IMG/VR virus record: IMGVR_UViG_3300025154_000088
Location: 1,352 to 65,351 of that record
DNA: 64,000 bases
Direction: 5' to 3' (one strand)
Source: a virus
Taxonomy: Duplodnaviria > Caudoviricetes
Shown: positions 1 to 10,849 of the stretch, piece after piece
Layout: each line of letters begins with the position of its first letter
How positions within the stretch are numbered: the first letter of the stretch is position 1
Program-made: the position numbers and the translations under genes
The notes under the pieces: generated by a model
Seen by the model: the letters and a program-made list of their open reading frames with translations, nothing else
Database searches by the model: none
What the model was told of the DNA's origin: nothing

Positions 1-1
1 C

Positions 2-217
2 GGCGGGGCGAACGCCGGCATAGCGACACAGACCGGAACGAACCTTGCTGAAACCGAAATGCGGGCCGGGGAGACCATCGCCAACGCCAGGGTCGGGGCC
101 GGGACTTCCCGGGGGGCCGGGTATATCGCGGGGGCGAATGCTTTGACAAATGGGGTTCAGCAGGGAACCGAAAACTATCTGAATTGGCGCAGAACCCAAA
201 ACGGTGCGGTTCGATAA
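2..217 (+). CDS. 3' end of a probable DNA ejection/transfer protein (P22 gp7-like), partial
   Basis: Open frame 2 from the window edge: GGANAGIATQTGTNLAETEMRAGETIANARVGAGTSRGAGYIAGANALTNGVQQG...; TAA at 215-217. G/A/N-rich composition and position upstream of other ejection-like genes. Confidence 0.6.
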   Translation, partial: GGANAGIATQTGTNLAETEMRAGETIANARVGAGTSRGAGYIAGANALTNGVQQGTENYLNWRRTQNGAVR

Positions 218-226
218 GGAGGCCCA

Positions 227-1441
227 ATGCAATTTTTCACGCCCTTACCAGAAGCCCGAACGGATTGGTCCGGGACATCAAACGCGCTCAGGGGAATGGT
301 TGAGGATAACCGCTACCGGGAGGAGATGGGGTTTAAACGCGAACAGGCCGGAGCCGAAAACCGAAGGGCAGAGAATTACCTTCGGCTCGCCCAGGATCGG
401 GAGGGAAGACTTGCAAAATCCGAGACCGCCCAAGAGGGTAGGGAGTCCACAAAGTTCGGATGGGAAGAACAGGATCGGCAGGTCAAGCAAGCCCTTCAGC
501 AGATGGATTTGATCGTTCGGGTTTCCGGGTCCGTACAAGATCAGGCTTCCCACGATCAGGCCATAGCGCAGCTTCAGCAGATGAAGGTCGATACGAGCAA
601 AATCCCCCAGGCTTTTGATCAGAATTTCTGGAAACGGCAACAGGATCTTGCGATTTCCGCAGCGGACAAGATCAAAAGGCAGTGGGCAGTTGAAGACCAA
701 AAAACAGGGCATAAAAACGCCCTTGAGCTTCAGGGAGCCCAAGACTCGGCCGCTATGGCCCGCGCCCAGGCCGGATATGGAAATGCAAAAACCTTACAGC
801 AAATGCAGGATGAAGCCGCTATGGCCAGGACGGAGAAAACGATTCAGGGACAAAAAGATGTCGCTGGAATGAAGATCGAGGATTCTCCAGGCAAACAGGC
901 GAACTACATCAGAGCCCGCGCCCAGGCACTGGAAGAAGCTACTGACTCTATGGGGAAGGTAGATCAGAAAAAATTCGAGGATTCCCTTCAGAATATCCTC
1001 GGGGGGATGGACGGGAAGATGGCTCCCAAAGGAGGAACGGGAAAGGGGGGATGGAAAAACTACCTCACCCCTGAAACCCAGTCATCCATGACGGGAGGGA
1101 ATCAGCCGGCGAAGCCGCCAGCGGTCCAACCCCAGGCCGCTCCCACAGTTCAGCCGGCCCAGGCTCCAGCGGTGCCACAAAACGCGCTCCGGGCAAAGCC
1201 TGAAAACCCGATGGAATTTCAGCAGGGATCCTACACCGCGCCCAATGGTAAGGTCGTCAACTGGGAAGACATCAAAGACACAGCTCAAAAGATGTGGTCC
1301 GCAACCGGAATCGATCAGGCGGCGAATGCCATATGGAAAGGGCTTGGCTTTGTCGGTGATGCTTCAATCGATTTCGTTAAGTGGCTTGCCGCTCAACAGG
1401 CAGAAGCGCGGAAAGGCCTTCCCGCGTACAAGGGGCAATGA
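227..1441 (+). CDS. Probable internal virion/ejection protein
   Basis: 404 aa, RBS AAGGAGG, Q/A/K-rich and helical, lies between the gp7-like gene and the giant protein. Confidence 0.6.
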   Translation: MQFFTPLPEARTDWSGTSNALRGMVEDNRYREEMGFKREQAGAENRRAENYLRLAQDREGRLAKSETAQEGRESTKFGWEEQDRQVKQALQQMDLIVRVSGSVQDQASHDQAIAQLQQMKVDTSKIPQAFDQNFWKRQQDLAISAADKIKRQWAVEDQKTGHKNALELQGAQDSAAMARAQAGYGNAKTLQQMQDEAAMARTEKTIQGQKDVAGMKIEDSPGKQANYIRARAQALEEATDSMGKVDQKKFEDSLQNILGGMDGKMAPKGGTGKGGWKNYLTPETQSSMTGGNQPAKPPAVQPQAAPTVQPAQAPAVPQNALRAKPENPMEFQQGSYTAPNGKVVNWEDIKDTAQKMWSATGIDQAANAIWKGLGFVGDASIDFVKWLAAQQAEARKGLPAYKGQ

Positions 1442-4400
1442 TGGATAACGAAGTCTCGCGCTGGTTGAAAGACCCTGAATTCCTTTCCCTTCCGGACAAT
1501 GTGAAATCGGAAGCCATCGGGAATTATTTCGTTGAAAACTATGCGGATGACGAATTCTTTAAGGCTCCGGTTGAGATTCAACGGGAAGCGGCCAACGGGT
1601 TTATCACCGAGCATTTTTCTTCGGTGAAGCCTGTAGAGACTAAACGGACCATGCTCGGAACCGCGGGGGATGTTGGGGTTTCCCTTGCAAAAGGCATTGT
1701 CGGGGCCGGAGAGGCGGCGGTGGGCCTTGCGGATATCCCCTCTTTCGGTCTTGTCGGAAATGCCCTTGAAAAGGTCTTCGGGTACGACCCCAAGACGACT
1801 CAGGACGTTCTGGCTTCCCTCTATTCCCCATCCCAACAGAAGGCAAACAAAGCAGTCGAAGATGCCAAGGGGTTTTTTGGGAAAGCCTCGGCGGCGATTC
1901 AGAACCCATCGACCATTGGAATGAATGTTGTCGAATCGACCCCTTCCATGCTCGGTGGTGCGGGGATTGCCAGGGGGCTTCTCCAAAAAGGTATGGTCGC
2001 CGCTCCTGTCGTCGCCGGGGCAATCGGGGAGGGTCTTGTGGGGGCAGGGTCTTCTGCGGAACAGACTCGCCAGGAGACCGGAACTCTCTCCCCGAAACAG
2101 GCATTATCGGCGGTGGGATCAGGTACAGGAACCGCGGCTTTCGCTCTCGCCGGTGGACGGATCGCGGAGAAACTTGGGTTTGCCGATATCGACACCATGC
2201 TTGCCGGGGGCGGGTTTAAGGAAGGGGCCGGCAACATCATCAAGCGGATTGTCGGAGGCGGGATCTCGGAAGGCGTTTTCGAGGAACTTCCTCAATCCAT
2301 GCAGGAGCAGGTATGGTTGAACGCAGCCCTTGACCGTCCGCTTATGACGGATGTTCCGGAAGCCGGGGCAGAGGGGATGCTCGCCGGGGCGGTGATGGGC
2401 GGCGGTGCGAATATTTTTTCGAGGAAGGCAGAACAGCCGCAAAAGGTTCCCTCTCCGGGAACTCGAACTAAACCCCCAAAGGTTGAACCCCGTCCAGAGC
2501 CCGAAATGGGCATGGATGAAATGGTGAATCAGGGGGTGATGCCGGAGATTCCGAAAAGCCCTGAGCAGACCGTGGCCGCGCCTCCTCCACCCAGTGTAAC
2601 GGGTCCAGTTTCCCCGGCCGACATGGAACCCCCCGAAGAGATCACGTCGCCGACGGCCCCCCGTCCTGTTTTCATTCCTGCACAACCGAAGCGAAAGCCG
2701 ACCGACCAGGACCTGGCCCTTGGTGGAATCGATCAGACCCTTGAGAAATCCGCCCTCGATACCGCAGAGAGGTACGAAGAAGCCGAACGGCAGGTCGCCG
2801 CGTCGAAGGGCGAAAAATCAGGCCTTACCCCAGAGTTGACGGAGCTTGTCCGTAGAGCCGAAATACAGTACCGCAGGGCCACAAAACAAGGAAAGGAAAC
2901 CGGGAACTGGGGACCGAAAAACCAGCTTCAAAAAACTCTGACCCAGGCGAAAAAGGGAGACCCGGAAGCAACCCTTGAGCTTTGGGCACGGTTTGGAGGA
3001 GGCATAGAAGAACCCAGGGAAGTTTCCCGGGCACGGGAAGCCATTCAGAAAAAGACCGCCCGCCAGGAAGCCGAACGGGGAGCGATGGTTGCTCTCGGGT
3101 ACGATACGAACGACATCAACCGGATGAGCCCGGAGGAAAGAACGAGGGTTTCCGCCCTTCGGATCCAGAAGCCAGCGGAGGAAGATCCTTTCAGAGCCGT
3201 CGAAGACCGATGGGAAGGGCCGAAGGTTCCGGCTGAAGAAGTTGAAAAGGCGATGAGGCCGGTTATTCCGCCGAAGGCTGAACCGTCCATCCAGGCAGAG
3301 GGAGTCGGCCAGTCCGCGCAAGGGAAAACCGAATCCGGGAAGGTAGAGACCGGTGGGAAGCCTGCCAAACCTGCCCTTCCACCTCCACAGGAAACAAAGA
3401 AAGCCCCGACCACGCCTGAAGAGGTTGTCGCCGCCTATTTCTCTGCACATGAAGGTCCAGACGCAGGCTCGGCAGACATGGCGGCCATCAGGAATTACGC
3501 AAAGCATCAAATAGGGCCGTTGGCTAAAAGGCTTGAAAAGACACCCTGGCTGACACATGACGGGTACGCCACAACGGACAGGAAAACCGGGAGAACGCAC
3601 AACCGATCAAAAGACCTGAAAGCCCTTGTCGATCTTGGGTACGCTCAAATGGCTTGGGACAGAGAAGGAAATGCTCATTACGCCAAAGCCGGGGTGAATC
3701 TCCCCGAATGGCTGACGCAATCCGAAAATGATGCAGACCTCGAAAAACTGCCATCGAAAGGCGAAGTCAAGCCCGTTCAGAAAACCGAAGCCACGGGCAA
3801 AAAAGCGATTTCCAGGGGCTCCACCTCCAAGACCTACCTTCCAGACGATACGGAGATCGAAACCGAATACGCCGTGGTCGGTGTCGACGACCTGACCACC
3901 TCCCATAACGATCAGTTTCAAAAAAACGCAGGCTACCCAGAAGAACTCCAGCCCAGGGGGAGGGAGAGAAAGGCCCTTCAGCAGCAAGTTGAACGCATGG
4001 CCAACACCCTCCAGCCGGAACGCCTCGGGGAAGCTCCTTCGGCATCCCTCGGAACTTCGATCGCCGGGGAAGACCTCATTGTCGAATCAGGAAACGGGCG
4101 GACCATCGCCATCCGGAAAGCCTACGATGGGAGAGAATCCGGAAAGAAATACCGGCAATGGCTCGTTGAGAATGCGGAGCGGTTTGGGCTTTCCCGTGGA
4201 GCCGTGGAGAAGATCGAAAGGCCGGTCTTGGTCCGGATCCGGAAGACCGACATGGACCGGGTGAAGTTCGCTCAAAAGACAGCGACTCCGGATATCGCCG
4301 GCATGAGCCCGGTCGAGCTTGCCCGGATGGATGCCGGAAACCTATCGGAAGACGACATGATGGTTTTCGCTCCATCTGAAGAGGGGAACCTTAACGCTCA

Positions 4401-7400
4401 GAGCAATCGGAGGTTTATAAGTCGGTTTTTGGAAAATGTTGGGCTAAACGAAGCCTCTGGATACCTTACGGATGAAGGCAACTATAATAAAAAAATAATA
4501 GATCGTATTCAGTCGGCTATTTTCTTTAAAGCGTATCGGGATGAGGCTTTTGTTTCGTGGCAATCTGAAGAGGCGGACCCGGAAATGCGAAACCTCCTCA
4601 ACGCCCTCACGGTTGCCGCCGGGGAATTCGCCAGGGCCAGGGCGCTCGATCCGAAAATGGGCGGCCTCGATGTAACGCCCTATATTCTGGACGCTGTAAG
4701 GATCGTTCGGCAGTCTCGAAGGGAGGGACGTTCGGTCCGTGAAATACTTGACCAGACCCTTATGTTCGAGACAAGGCCTGAGCAGGTAAAGGATATTGCC
4801 CGCGTTTTAGATGAAAACATCCGAAGCGGAAAGCAAATGGGTGTTTTCATGAAAGAGATGGGAAGGGCCATTCGGGGGGCCCTTACAGGAGAAAAGCAGG
4901 CCTCTCTTTTTGGTGTTGACGAATACCCTACGGTCCGTGGTATAATTGAAAGAAGCGCGGAGAAAGTGAGGCGAAAAGATGACAGAGAAAGACAGGCTGA
5001 TCTTTTTTCAGAAAATAGCGAAGGTGGCCTTCGACAAGGCGAACGAGGCATACCCGGAAGAACCGAAAATGAAGGCAAGCGGGTTTCTTCTGACAGAGAA
5101 GAACGTGGAGAAAAAGAAGGAGTAACCAATGGTACTGAGCTTCGGGAACCACAAGGGGAATTTGCCTCCTTCAAGACCGGTCAACAGACATTTGACTTTG
5201 TATTCACGCCTGCTGAAAAGAGGCGAGCAAAAGAGATCCTTCCCGAAAGTGATAAACCTCGGGTACTGCATCAAGCCCAAAGGGTTCGAATGGCAACCAC
5301 CGGAAACATCTGGTGGGACGGAAACGTGGTCCGTAATGCCGAAGACGCTGCTTCTCTCATAGCCCCGATCCGAAAATCCGCCCAAGAAAACATCTACACC
5401 ATCGTCACGGACCCCAACGGGACCGTCGTTGAAATCCACAGGTACGGGAAGGGCGCTAAGGCCTCCGGTCAGTTCGACGAGCTCGAAGTGATGGGCCGGG
5501 TCTTCAACGTCGACAACGCTTCAAAGGTCTATTTCATCCACAATCACCCCGGGGGAAACCCAACCTCAAGCCCTGAAGACAGAAACGCAATCCGAAGGCT
5601 TCAGGAGTTTGCGGCCCTTCGTGACATAGATGTCGAGGGGTTGATTGTCGGTGGGTCCAGGTGGGCGCCGTTCGTATCGTCTGGTAACACCGCGGAGCCA
5701 AAGGCCATCCGACCCTCAATTCGGAAAAGCTCCCTTCCAATCAAAGAGCGGATGCTCATCAAAATCAGAAATTTCGGGAAGGCCAAACAGGTCTTGAACC
5801 CGGAACAAGCCGCCAGTGTCATCAATGAAAAATACGGAAACGCCGATGGATTTCTATTCATCAGCCCTACCGGGTATGATCTGGGGTTTATGGTGTGGCC
5901 GGCTGGAAGACAATTCAGAGTTGCGGCCGACTGGCTGATTAAGACCGGGGAAAGCCTGAACGCAAACCGCATCATCGTCAATACCAAGAAGGCTTTATCC
6001 GATTCAGGAAACGGAAGACGGGATTTCCTCGAAGCGTTCGCAAAGTCATACAAGAACGCCATTCCTTTTGCCGATATCATCGACCAGGGGAAATCCCTGA
6101 TGGTCATGGACAGGCGGGAATACCTCGAGATCGCCGGCGGATCATTCTCGAATGGAGTTTCGGACCTCAAGGGAAACAGGACGCTTTATGCCCTTGCCCC
6201 CAACTCCCCCCGTGGTGTAAAAGAAGGCATGTCCGGAAAAACGGGGAAGGGCGACAGAACCACCGGAGAAACCCCGAAGCCCGAAGGTGGGAATCCGTTT
6301 AAGGAATCGATAGTTCGGAAGCCAGTATTTCATGGTGGGGATGGACCTATCGCTCAATTCTCTAAAGACGGTCCGTCACGCGGCGATCTTGGCATGGCGT
6401 ATTTTACCGATGATTTAAAAACTGCTGAAAAATATGCGTATCTCGGCGGAATTCCAAAAACTGAGTACAGCGAAAGTTTTCTAAATGATGACGGCACGGT
6501 AAACATTGAAGCTGTCCTTGAGTCGTATGAAGAAGAAGGGATAAAAAGGAAACCATTTGTTACAAAGGTCTATCTTGACATTAGAAATCCTGTTGACCTT
6601 GATTTTATACGCGCCCAAGACATCATTGACGCAGTGGGTGGGGTTGACGTATTTTTCAAAAGATCTTCCAATTTCGGTATTTTAGATAACCTCAAAGATG
6701 CGGCTGAAGAATACGCATCAGAGAACGGGAAAGATATAGATGAGGTTTTCACTGAATTCCTTGACGATTGGCTGGCAAAAGACTACCGAACAACATCAGG
6801 AATTGAAGACGATGAGTCTTTAGCAGATGCTCCACATGCTCATTTTGCATTTGCCTATGGGTTTCTTGACGATATTATAAAGCATAATAAAGCAGACGGA
6901 ATAGCTTACAGAGATGCAGAGTCAAACTCTAATATATATATACCGATAGACCCGAAACAAATTAAAATAACCCCTAATTTCTCCAGCCCGGCGGGTGAAG
7001 CCGGGCAGTTCTCCACCTCCCCCCAAACCTTTTCCGGCATCACCCCCGCAGAAGTCCAGACTCTCTTCCAAAATATCGGCCAGGAATCCGGCATCCATTT
7101 CGACGGAACCATATGGGTAAAGACCCGTGGCGGATGGGGGTTCACCGTGAACCTGGTGGACCACATCAGTGCGACCGAAGCGGAGTTCCTTGGGGCATAC
7201 GGCAGGCTCAATTCAGAGGGTAGGCCGATTGCCGGGAAGTATCAGGACGGGAAGATTACCATTTCCAAGGTGGGAGACCGCTGGACCCTCGACCATGAAA
7301 ACTTCCACCTCCTTTCAGACTTCGGCGTGATCACCGAAGACGAACTGGCCGCAATCGACCGGCAGCTTCAAAAAAACGGCATCCAGAACCCCGGTAAAGA

Positions 7401-10400
7401 AGACCGCGCCAAGTGGGTAGAGGACAACCTCTATAACCGCTCCCTTGCCCGTGGTTTTCAGCGAGTCATGCAGAAGGTGCGTGACTTCATCGACGCTTTT
7501 GTGGGTCTGTTCAAGGCCACGGCGCGGGGGACGCTGCGGGGGATGGAAAGCGGGAAGATCTATTCCCGGGCGCTCCCAGAATCAACCGCTGATGAGGGGA
7601 TGCCGCTGTTCTCCGAAAAGGCAGAACGCAACTTCGAGTCCTCATTTCCGGAGCACAACCTTTCCGCCCTGAAAGACATCGCCGGTATCTGGAAGGGCCG
7701 CGGTAAAAACTGGGCACCACGGAAGGAAGACACCACCGTTGTCGAGAGGCTTCTCTCCATCCCGTCCCATTATTTCTCGAAGATCCCGGCCCTCGGAAGA
7801 ATGTTCGAAGACGGAGTTGGAAGGTCGGATGACTTCTACGGGATGATCAACCAGCTCGAACAGGTGGACGGGAAGTCCCTTTTGAAGGGTGTTCTGGAAA
7901 AGCTCAAGAGCGATTCCAAGGCCGATTACCAAAAGGTCAAGCGGTACATCGTAACTTCCGACCGTGAAGGGAAAGGCTTCAGGGTAAAGAACAAAGAGGG
8001 AAAATACATCGCCTTCGAAGATGGAAAGACCGCTATCGGGGAATTTGACACCGAACAACAAGCTTGGAATGCCGCACGAAACGCCGAAAGGGAAAAGCTG
8101 ATTTCCCAAGGGTTTTCAGACCAGGCCGCAGATGCGGTTGTCGCCGCCCGGCACATCACAGACAACGGGTTCGACATCCTCATGGCCTCCATGCGGGACA
8201 TCATCCGCAAGGCCGAAGAGAACGGGACCGAGCTTCCATCAGTCACAATCCGTGACGGTTCGAAGACGGTCAAGATTGACCTCAAGGTAGCCCTTGCGAA
8301 GATGAACGACATCCGGGGGCATTACTTCCCGCGAATCAGAAAGCCCGGAAGGTTCTCCATCTACGCCCGAAAGGATGGGGTCAACCCGATTTATGAAAAG
8401 TTCGACACCCGGATAGGTCTCGAATCCCGGGCGAACCAGCTTTCAGGGATGGGGTACAAGATCGAGAAAGACCTATCGAATGCCATGCCGGAAGACGTCT
8501 TTGAAATGGCCGGCGAGATCATCGCAACCCAGGCGATCATAAACCGGGCCCTAGACCAGATGGATTCAGAGATCAAGGGCGGGGCCTCTCAAGCTCAGCT
8601 TGAAAAGCTCCTTCCAGACCTTGAATCCACCTTCGCCAAGATGCTGGCCGAGGGGGTTGCTGACATCATCAAGGCAAGGGGTGTCAGAGCCCACATGATC
8701 GAGCGGAACGACGCCACAGGAAAAGACGTATGGGTAGGCTACGAAGAAGACCCGGTGACTGCCCTTGGGCTTTACGTTCGCGGGATTGCCGCGGGCGAAG
8801 CGAAGAAGAACCTTGCCATCAAACTTCTAAGGCACTTCACGGGAACCGATATATCATGGCAGGAATGGAAGGAAGCTCAAAAGGAAGAGGGTGTTGAAAA
8901 GCCTGAATACGCCGACTATGTGGAAATGGTCAAAGACCGAAGGGTCGATCCCGTCCAGCAGAAAAACGCCTTCAAGGACGGGAAGGTCTACATGGAAGAC
9001 CTCCTGAGAAATCAGGAATTCGGGGACCGGATGATCGGAGCCGTCCGGGGGCTTGCCGCCCTGAAATATCTGGCTGGCAGAGTCGCTGCGCCGGCGGTGA
9101 ACTTGACCTCCCTCGTGACATCGGTTCTAGCGGTAATGCACGCAAAAGCTGGAATCTCCTTTGCCAAGGCTCCCATGTTGCTCGCCAGAGCCATGAAGCA
9201 ATACCTCCAGTTCAAAAGAGATCCTTCAAAACTCAACCCGGAGACCAGGACCCTTTTCGAAGAAATCGAAAAACGCGGCTGGCATACCGCGCAATACAAT
9301 AGAGAAGCCCTGTCCGTTCTTCAGTCGAAAATGGGTCAAGGTTGGGGGAAGTTCACCGACTTCGCCATGGTCGGGTTTTCCGTGTCGGAGATTATCAACC
9401 GGGTGGCCACCATCGCCGGGACATACCAGGGGGTGAAAGGGAAACTTGGTCACGACGAAGCCCTGAAACTTTCGAAAGAGGTTTCCGACAAGGCGCACGG
9501 GGTTTACGGAAAAGCCAATTATCCCTTCCTGGCGAGAGGCGGGAACCCGGCGGCGAAGATTGCACAGATGTTTTATGTCTTCCGGACCTTTTCCCATACG
9601 TACTTGGCGACAATGACCGAGCTCGGGTTCAAGGACAAGGACTATAAAGGCATGGCGTACATGGCCCTTGCCCCTGCGGTTATCGCCGGCGCCGGCGCGA
9701 CGGTCTTGACCCCCATCTTGGTTCAGGCTGCGAAAGCCCTTGGGATCGGCGGAGATGACCCGGAAGAAGAGATTTACAAATGGATCGAAGCCCAGATGGG
9801 GGATGAATCGGAACGGTTCGCACGCCTCGGAATCGCCGGTCTGATGGGGTTAAGCCTCAAGGGGTCTCTTGCGATCGGGATCACCGACATCCCGACAAAC
9901 CTTTCGGAGCTCATGGGAGCCCCTGGGAGCGTCATGCAGGATCTTTACTACGGAGGAAAATCTATCGCCCGGGGAGACATCGGAAAGGGTCTTGAGAAAA
10001 TGGCGCCCCTGGCCGTGAGCAACGTCCTTAAAGCCTACCGGGAATCAACCGAGGGGCTTACCACGGGTTCGAACGCTCCACTTTTCTACGGAAACGAACA
10101 GGTCAGGGCAGATGCGACGGAGGCCTTCATCCGGGCTTTATCCTTTAACCCTGCTCGAATCGCAACGATCAGGGAGAAACAGTACAAGGAATTCGAGGTT
10201 GAAGAACGATACCAGAAGCTTCGGAACGACATCTACGCAAGGATCAAAAGATTCTATCTTCAGCCCAAGGAGGACCAGACCAAAGCCTCATGGGCTGAAA
10301 TTATGGGAGAGGTCACGGCTTACAACGACAGGGTAAAGACGCGCGGTCTCTATCCGGGCGCTACATACATCACCTTGAAATCGATCAAGGCAAACCTGAA

Positions 10401-10446
10401 ACGGTCCTTCAGGCCGTCAAAAAAAGAACGCTCAAGGGGGGAATGA
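1438..10446 (+). CDS. Giant polyvalent internal virion protein (DdrB-like ParB, RadC/JAB, ART-PolyVal-like, HExxH metallopeptidase-like, large helical C-terminus)
   Basis: ATGA overlap at 1438. Motifs: YPEELQPRGR...IVESGNGR (DdrB-ParB); HNHPGGNPTSSPED (JAB, 5539); PVFHG...AYFTD...VYLDIRNP...DGI...DPKQIK (ART-like, ~6290-6970); HENFH (7294). Confidence 0.85.
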   Translation: MMDNEVSRWLKDPEFLSLPDNVKSEAIGNYFVENYADDEFFKAPVEIQREAANGFITEHFSSVKPVETKRTMLGTAGDVGVSLAKGIVGAGEAAVGLADIPSFGLVGNALEKVFGYDPKTTQDVLASLYSPSQQKANKAVEDAKGFFGKASAAIQNPSTIGMNVVESTPSMLGGAGIARGLLQKGMVAAPVVAGAIGEGLVGAGSSAEQTRQETGTLSPKQALSAVGSGTGTAAFALAGGRIAEKLGFADIDTMLAGGGFKEGAGNIIKRIVGGGISEGVFEELPQSMQEQVWLNAALDRPLMTDVPEAGAEGMLAGAVMGGGANIFSRKAEQPQKVPSPGTRTKPPKVEPRPEPEMGMDEMVNQGVMPEIPKSPEQTVAAPPPPSVTGPVSPADMEPPEEITSPTAPRPVFIPAQPKRKPTDQDLALGGIDQTLEKSALDTAERYEEAERQVAASKGEKSGLTPELTELVRRAEIQYRRATKQGKETGNWGPKNQLQKTLTQAKKGDPEATLELWARFGGGIEEPREVSRAREAIQKKTARQEAERGAMVALGYDTNDINRMSPEERTRVSALRIQKPAEEDPFRAVEDRWEGPKVPAEEVEKAMRPVIPPKAEPSIQAEGVGQSAQGKTESGKVETGGKPAKPALPPPQETKKAPTTPEEVVAAYFSAHEGPDAGSADMAAIRNYAKHQIGPLAKRLEKTPWLTHDGYATTDRKTGRTHNRSKDLKALVDLGYAQMAWDREGNAHYAKAGVNLPEWLTQSENDADLEKLPSKGEVKPVQKTEATGKKAISRGSTSKTYLPDDTEIETEYAVVGVDDLTTSHNDQFQKNAGYPEELQPRGRERKALQQQVERMANTLQPERLGEAPSASLGTSIAGEDLIVESGNGRTIAIRKAYDGRESGKKYRQWLVENAERFGLSRGAVEKIERPVLVRIRKTDMDRVKFAQKTATPDIAGMSPVELARMDAGNLSEDDMMVFAPSEEGNLNAQSNRRFISRFLENVGLNEASGYLTDEGNYNKKIIDRIQSAIFFKAYRDEAFVSWQSEEADPEMRNLLNALTVAAGEFARARALDPKMGGLDVTPYILDAVRIVRQSRREGRSVREILDQTLMFETRPEQVKDIARVLDENIRSGKQMGVFMKEMGRAIRGALTGEKQASLFGVDEYPTVRGIIERSAEKVRRKDDRERQADLFSENSEGGLRQGERGIPGRTENEGKRVSSDREERGEKEGVTNGTELREPQGEFASFKTGQQTFDFVFTPAEKRRAKEILPESDKPRVLHQAQRVRMATTGNIWWDGNVVRNAEDAASLIAPIRKSAQENIYTIVTDPNGTVVEIHRYGKGAKASGQFDELEVMGRVFNVDNASKVYFIHNHPGGNPTSSPEDRNAIRRLQEFAALRDIDVEGLIVGGSRWAPFVSSGNTAEPKAIRPSIRKSSLPIKERMLIKIRNFGKAKQVLNPEQAASVINEKYGNADGFLFISPTGYDLGFMVWPAGRQFRVAADWLIKTGESLNANRIIVNTKKALSDSGNGRRDFLEAFAKSYKNAIPFADIIDQGKSLMVMDRREYLEIAGGSFSNGVSDLKGNRTLYALAPNSPRGVKEGMSGKTGKGDRTTGETPKPEGGNPFKESIVRKPVFHGGDGPIAQFSKDGPSRGDLGMAYFTDDLKTAEKYAYLGGIPKTEYSESFLNDDGTVNIEAVLESYEEEGIKRKPFVTKVYLDIRNPVDLDFIRAQDIIDAVGGVDVFFKRSSNFGILDNLKDAAEEYASENGKDIDEVFTEFLDDWLAKDYRTTSGIEDDESLADAPHAHFAFAYGFLDDIIKHNKADGIAYRDAESNSNIYIPIDPKQIKITPNFSSPAGEAGQFSTSPQTFSGITPAEVQTLFQNIGQESGIHFDGTIWVKTRGGWGFTVNLVDHISATEAEFLGAYGRLNSEGRPIAGKYQDGKITISKVGDRWTLDHENFHLLSDFGVITEDELAAIDRQLQKNGIQNPGKEDRAKWVEDNLYNRSLARGFQRVMQKVRDFIDAFVGLFKATARGTLRGMESGKIYSRALPESTADEGMPLFSEKAERNFESSFPEHNLSALKDIAGIWKGRGKNWAPRKEDTTVVERLLSIPSHYFSKIPALGRMFEDGVGRSDDFYGMINQLEQVDGKSLLKGVLEKLKSDSKADYQKVKRYIVTSDREGKGFRVKNKEGKYIAFEDGKTAIGEFDTEQQAWNAARNAEREKLISQGFSDQAADAVVAARHITDNGFDILMASMRDIIRKAEENGTELPSVTIRDGSKTVKIDLKVALAKMNDIRGHYFPRIRKPGRFSIYARKDGVNPIYEKFDTRIGLESRANQLSGMGYKIEKDLSNAMPEDVFEMAGEIIATQAIINRALDQMDSEIKGGASQAQLEKLLPDLESTFAKMLAEGVADIIKARGVRAHMIERNDATGKDVWVGYEEDPVTALGLYVRGIAAGEAKKNLAIKLLRHFTGTDISWQEWKEAQKEEGVEKPEYADYVEMVKDRRVDPVQQKNAFKDGKVYMEDLLRNQEFGDRMIGAVRGLAALKYLAGRVAAPAVNLTSLVTSVLAVMHAKAGISFAKAPMLLARAMKQYLQFKRDPSKLNPETRTLFEEIEKRGWHTAQYNREALSVLQSKMGQGWGKFTDFAMVGFSVSEIINRVATIAGTYQGVKGKLGHDEALKLSKEVSDKAHGVYGKANYPFLARGGNPAAKIAQMFYVFRTFSHTYLATMTELGFKDKDYKGMAYMALAPAVIAGAGATVLTPILVQAAKALGIGGDDPEEEIYKWIEAQMGDESERFARLGIAGLMGLSLKGSLAIGITDIPTNLSELMGAPGSVMQDLYYGGKSIARGDIGKGLEKMAPLAVSNVLKAYRESTEGLTTGSNAPLFYGNEQVRADATEAFIRALSFNPARIATIREKQYKEFEVEERYQKLRNDIYARIKRFYLQPKEDQTKASWAEIMGEVTAYNDRVKTRGLYPGATYITLKSIKANLKRSFRPSKKERSRGE

Positions 10447-10847
10447 ACATGGCTGGAACAATGGTTTTCGGGGCTCCTGTAGAAAATAACGATTCTTACA
10501 CTCGGTCAAGGTCCATCGAAATTACGGCAGCCTGTACGGGTGATGCTTCGGATGGGACGGTTCCCACCACGGCGATCCCGCTGGATCTTCGGGGGATGTT
10601 TCTTTATTCCCTGGAAACCGTGCCGGGGTCTGGTGATGCTGCCCCTTCAGCGGTTTATGACGTGACGGTTGTAAACTCCAGATCGACCGATCTTTTACAG
10701 GGGACAGGAGAAGACAGGAGCGTCACCGTGAAAGAAATCGCCTACCCGTCTTCGGCTCCTGCTTCAATTATGGGGGCGTGCTCCTTGACCTGCGGATCTT
10801 TGGGGGCATCGAATACCGCAACCCTTACGCTTAATTTCAGGAGGTAG
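10443..10847 (+). CDS. Hypothetical virion protein
   Basis: 134 aa, ATGA-coupled to the giant ORF, S/T/G-rich beta-type composition. Confidence 0.6.
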   Translation: MNMAGTMVFGAPVENNDSYTRSRSIEITAACTGDASDGTVPTTAIPLDLRGMFLYSLETVPGSGDAAPSAVYDVTVVNSRSTDLLQGTGEDRSVTVKEIAYPSSAPASIMGACSLTCGSLGASNTATLTLNFRR

Positions 10848-10849
10848 CC

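Noticed and set aside
1438-10446. Tape measure protein or virion RNA polymerase
   Set aside because: No tail tube/sheath genes, periodic tape-measure repeats or recognisable RNAP catalytic motifs; the enzymatic domains fit a polyvalent ejection protein.
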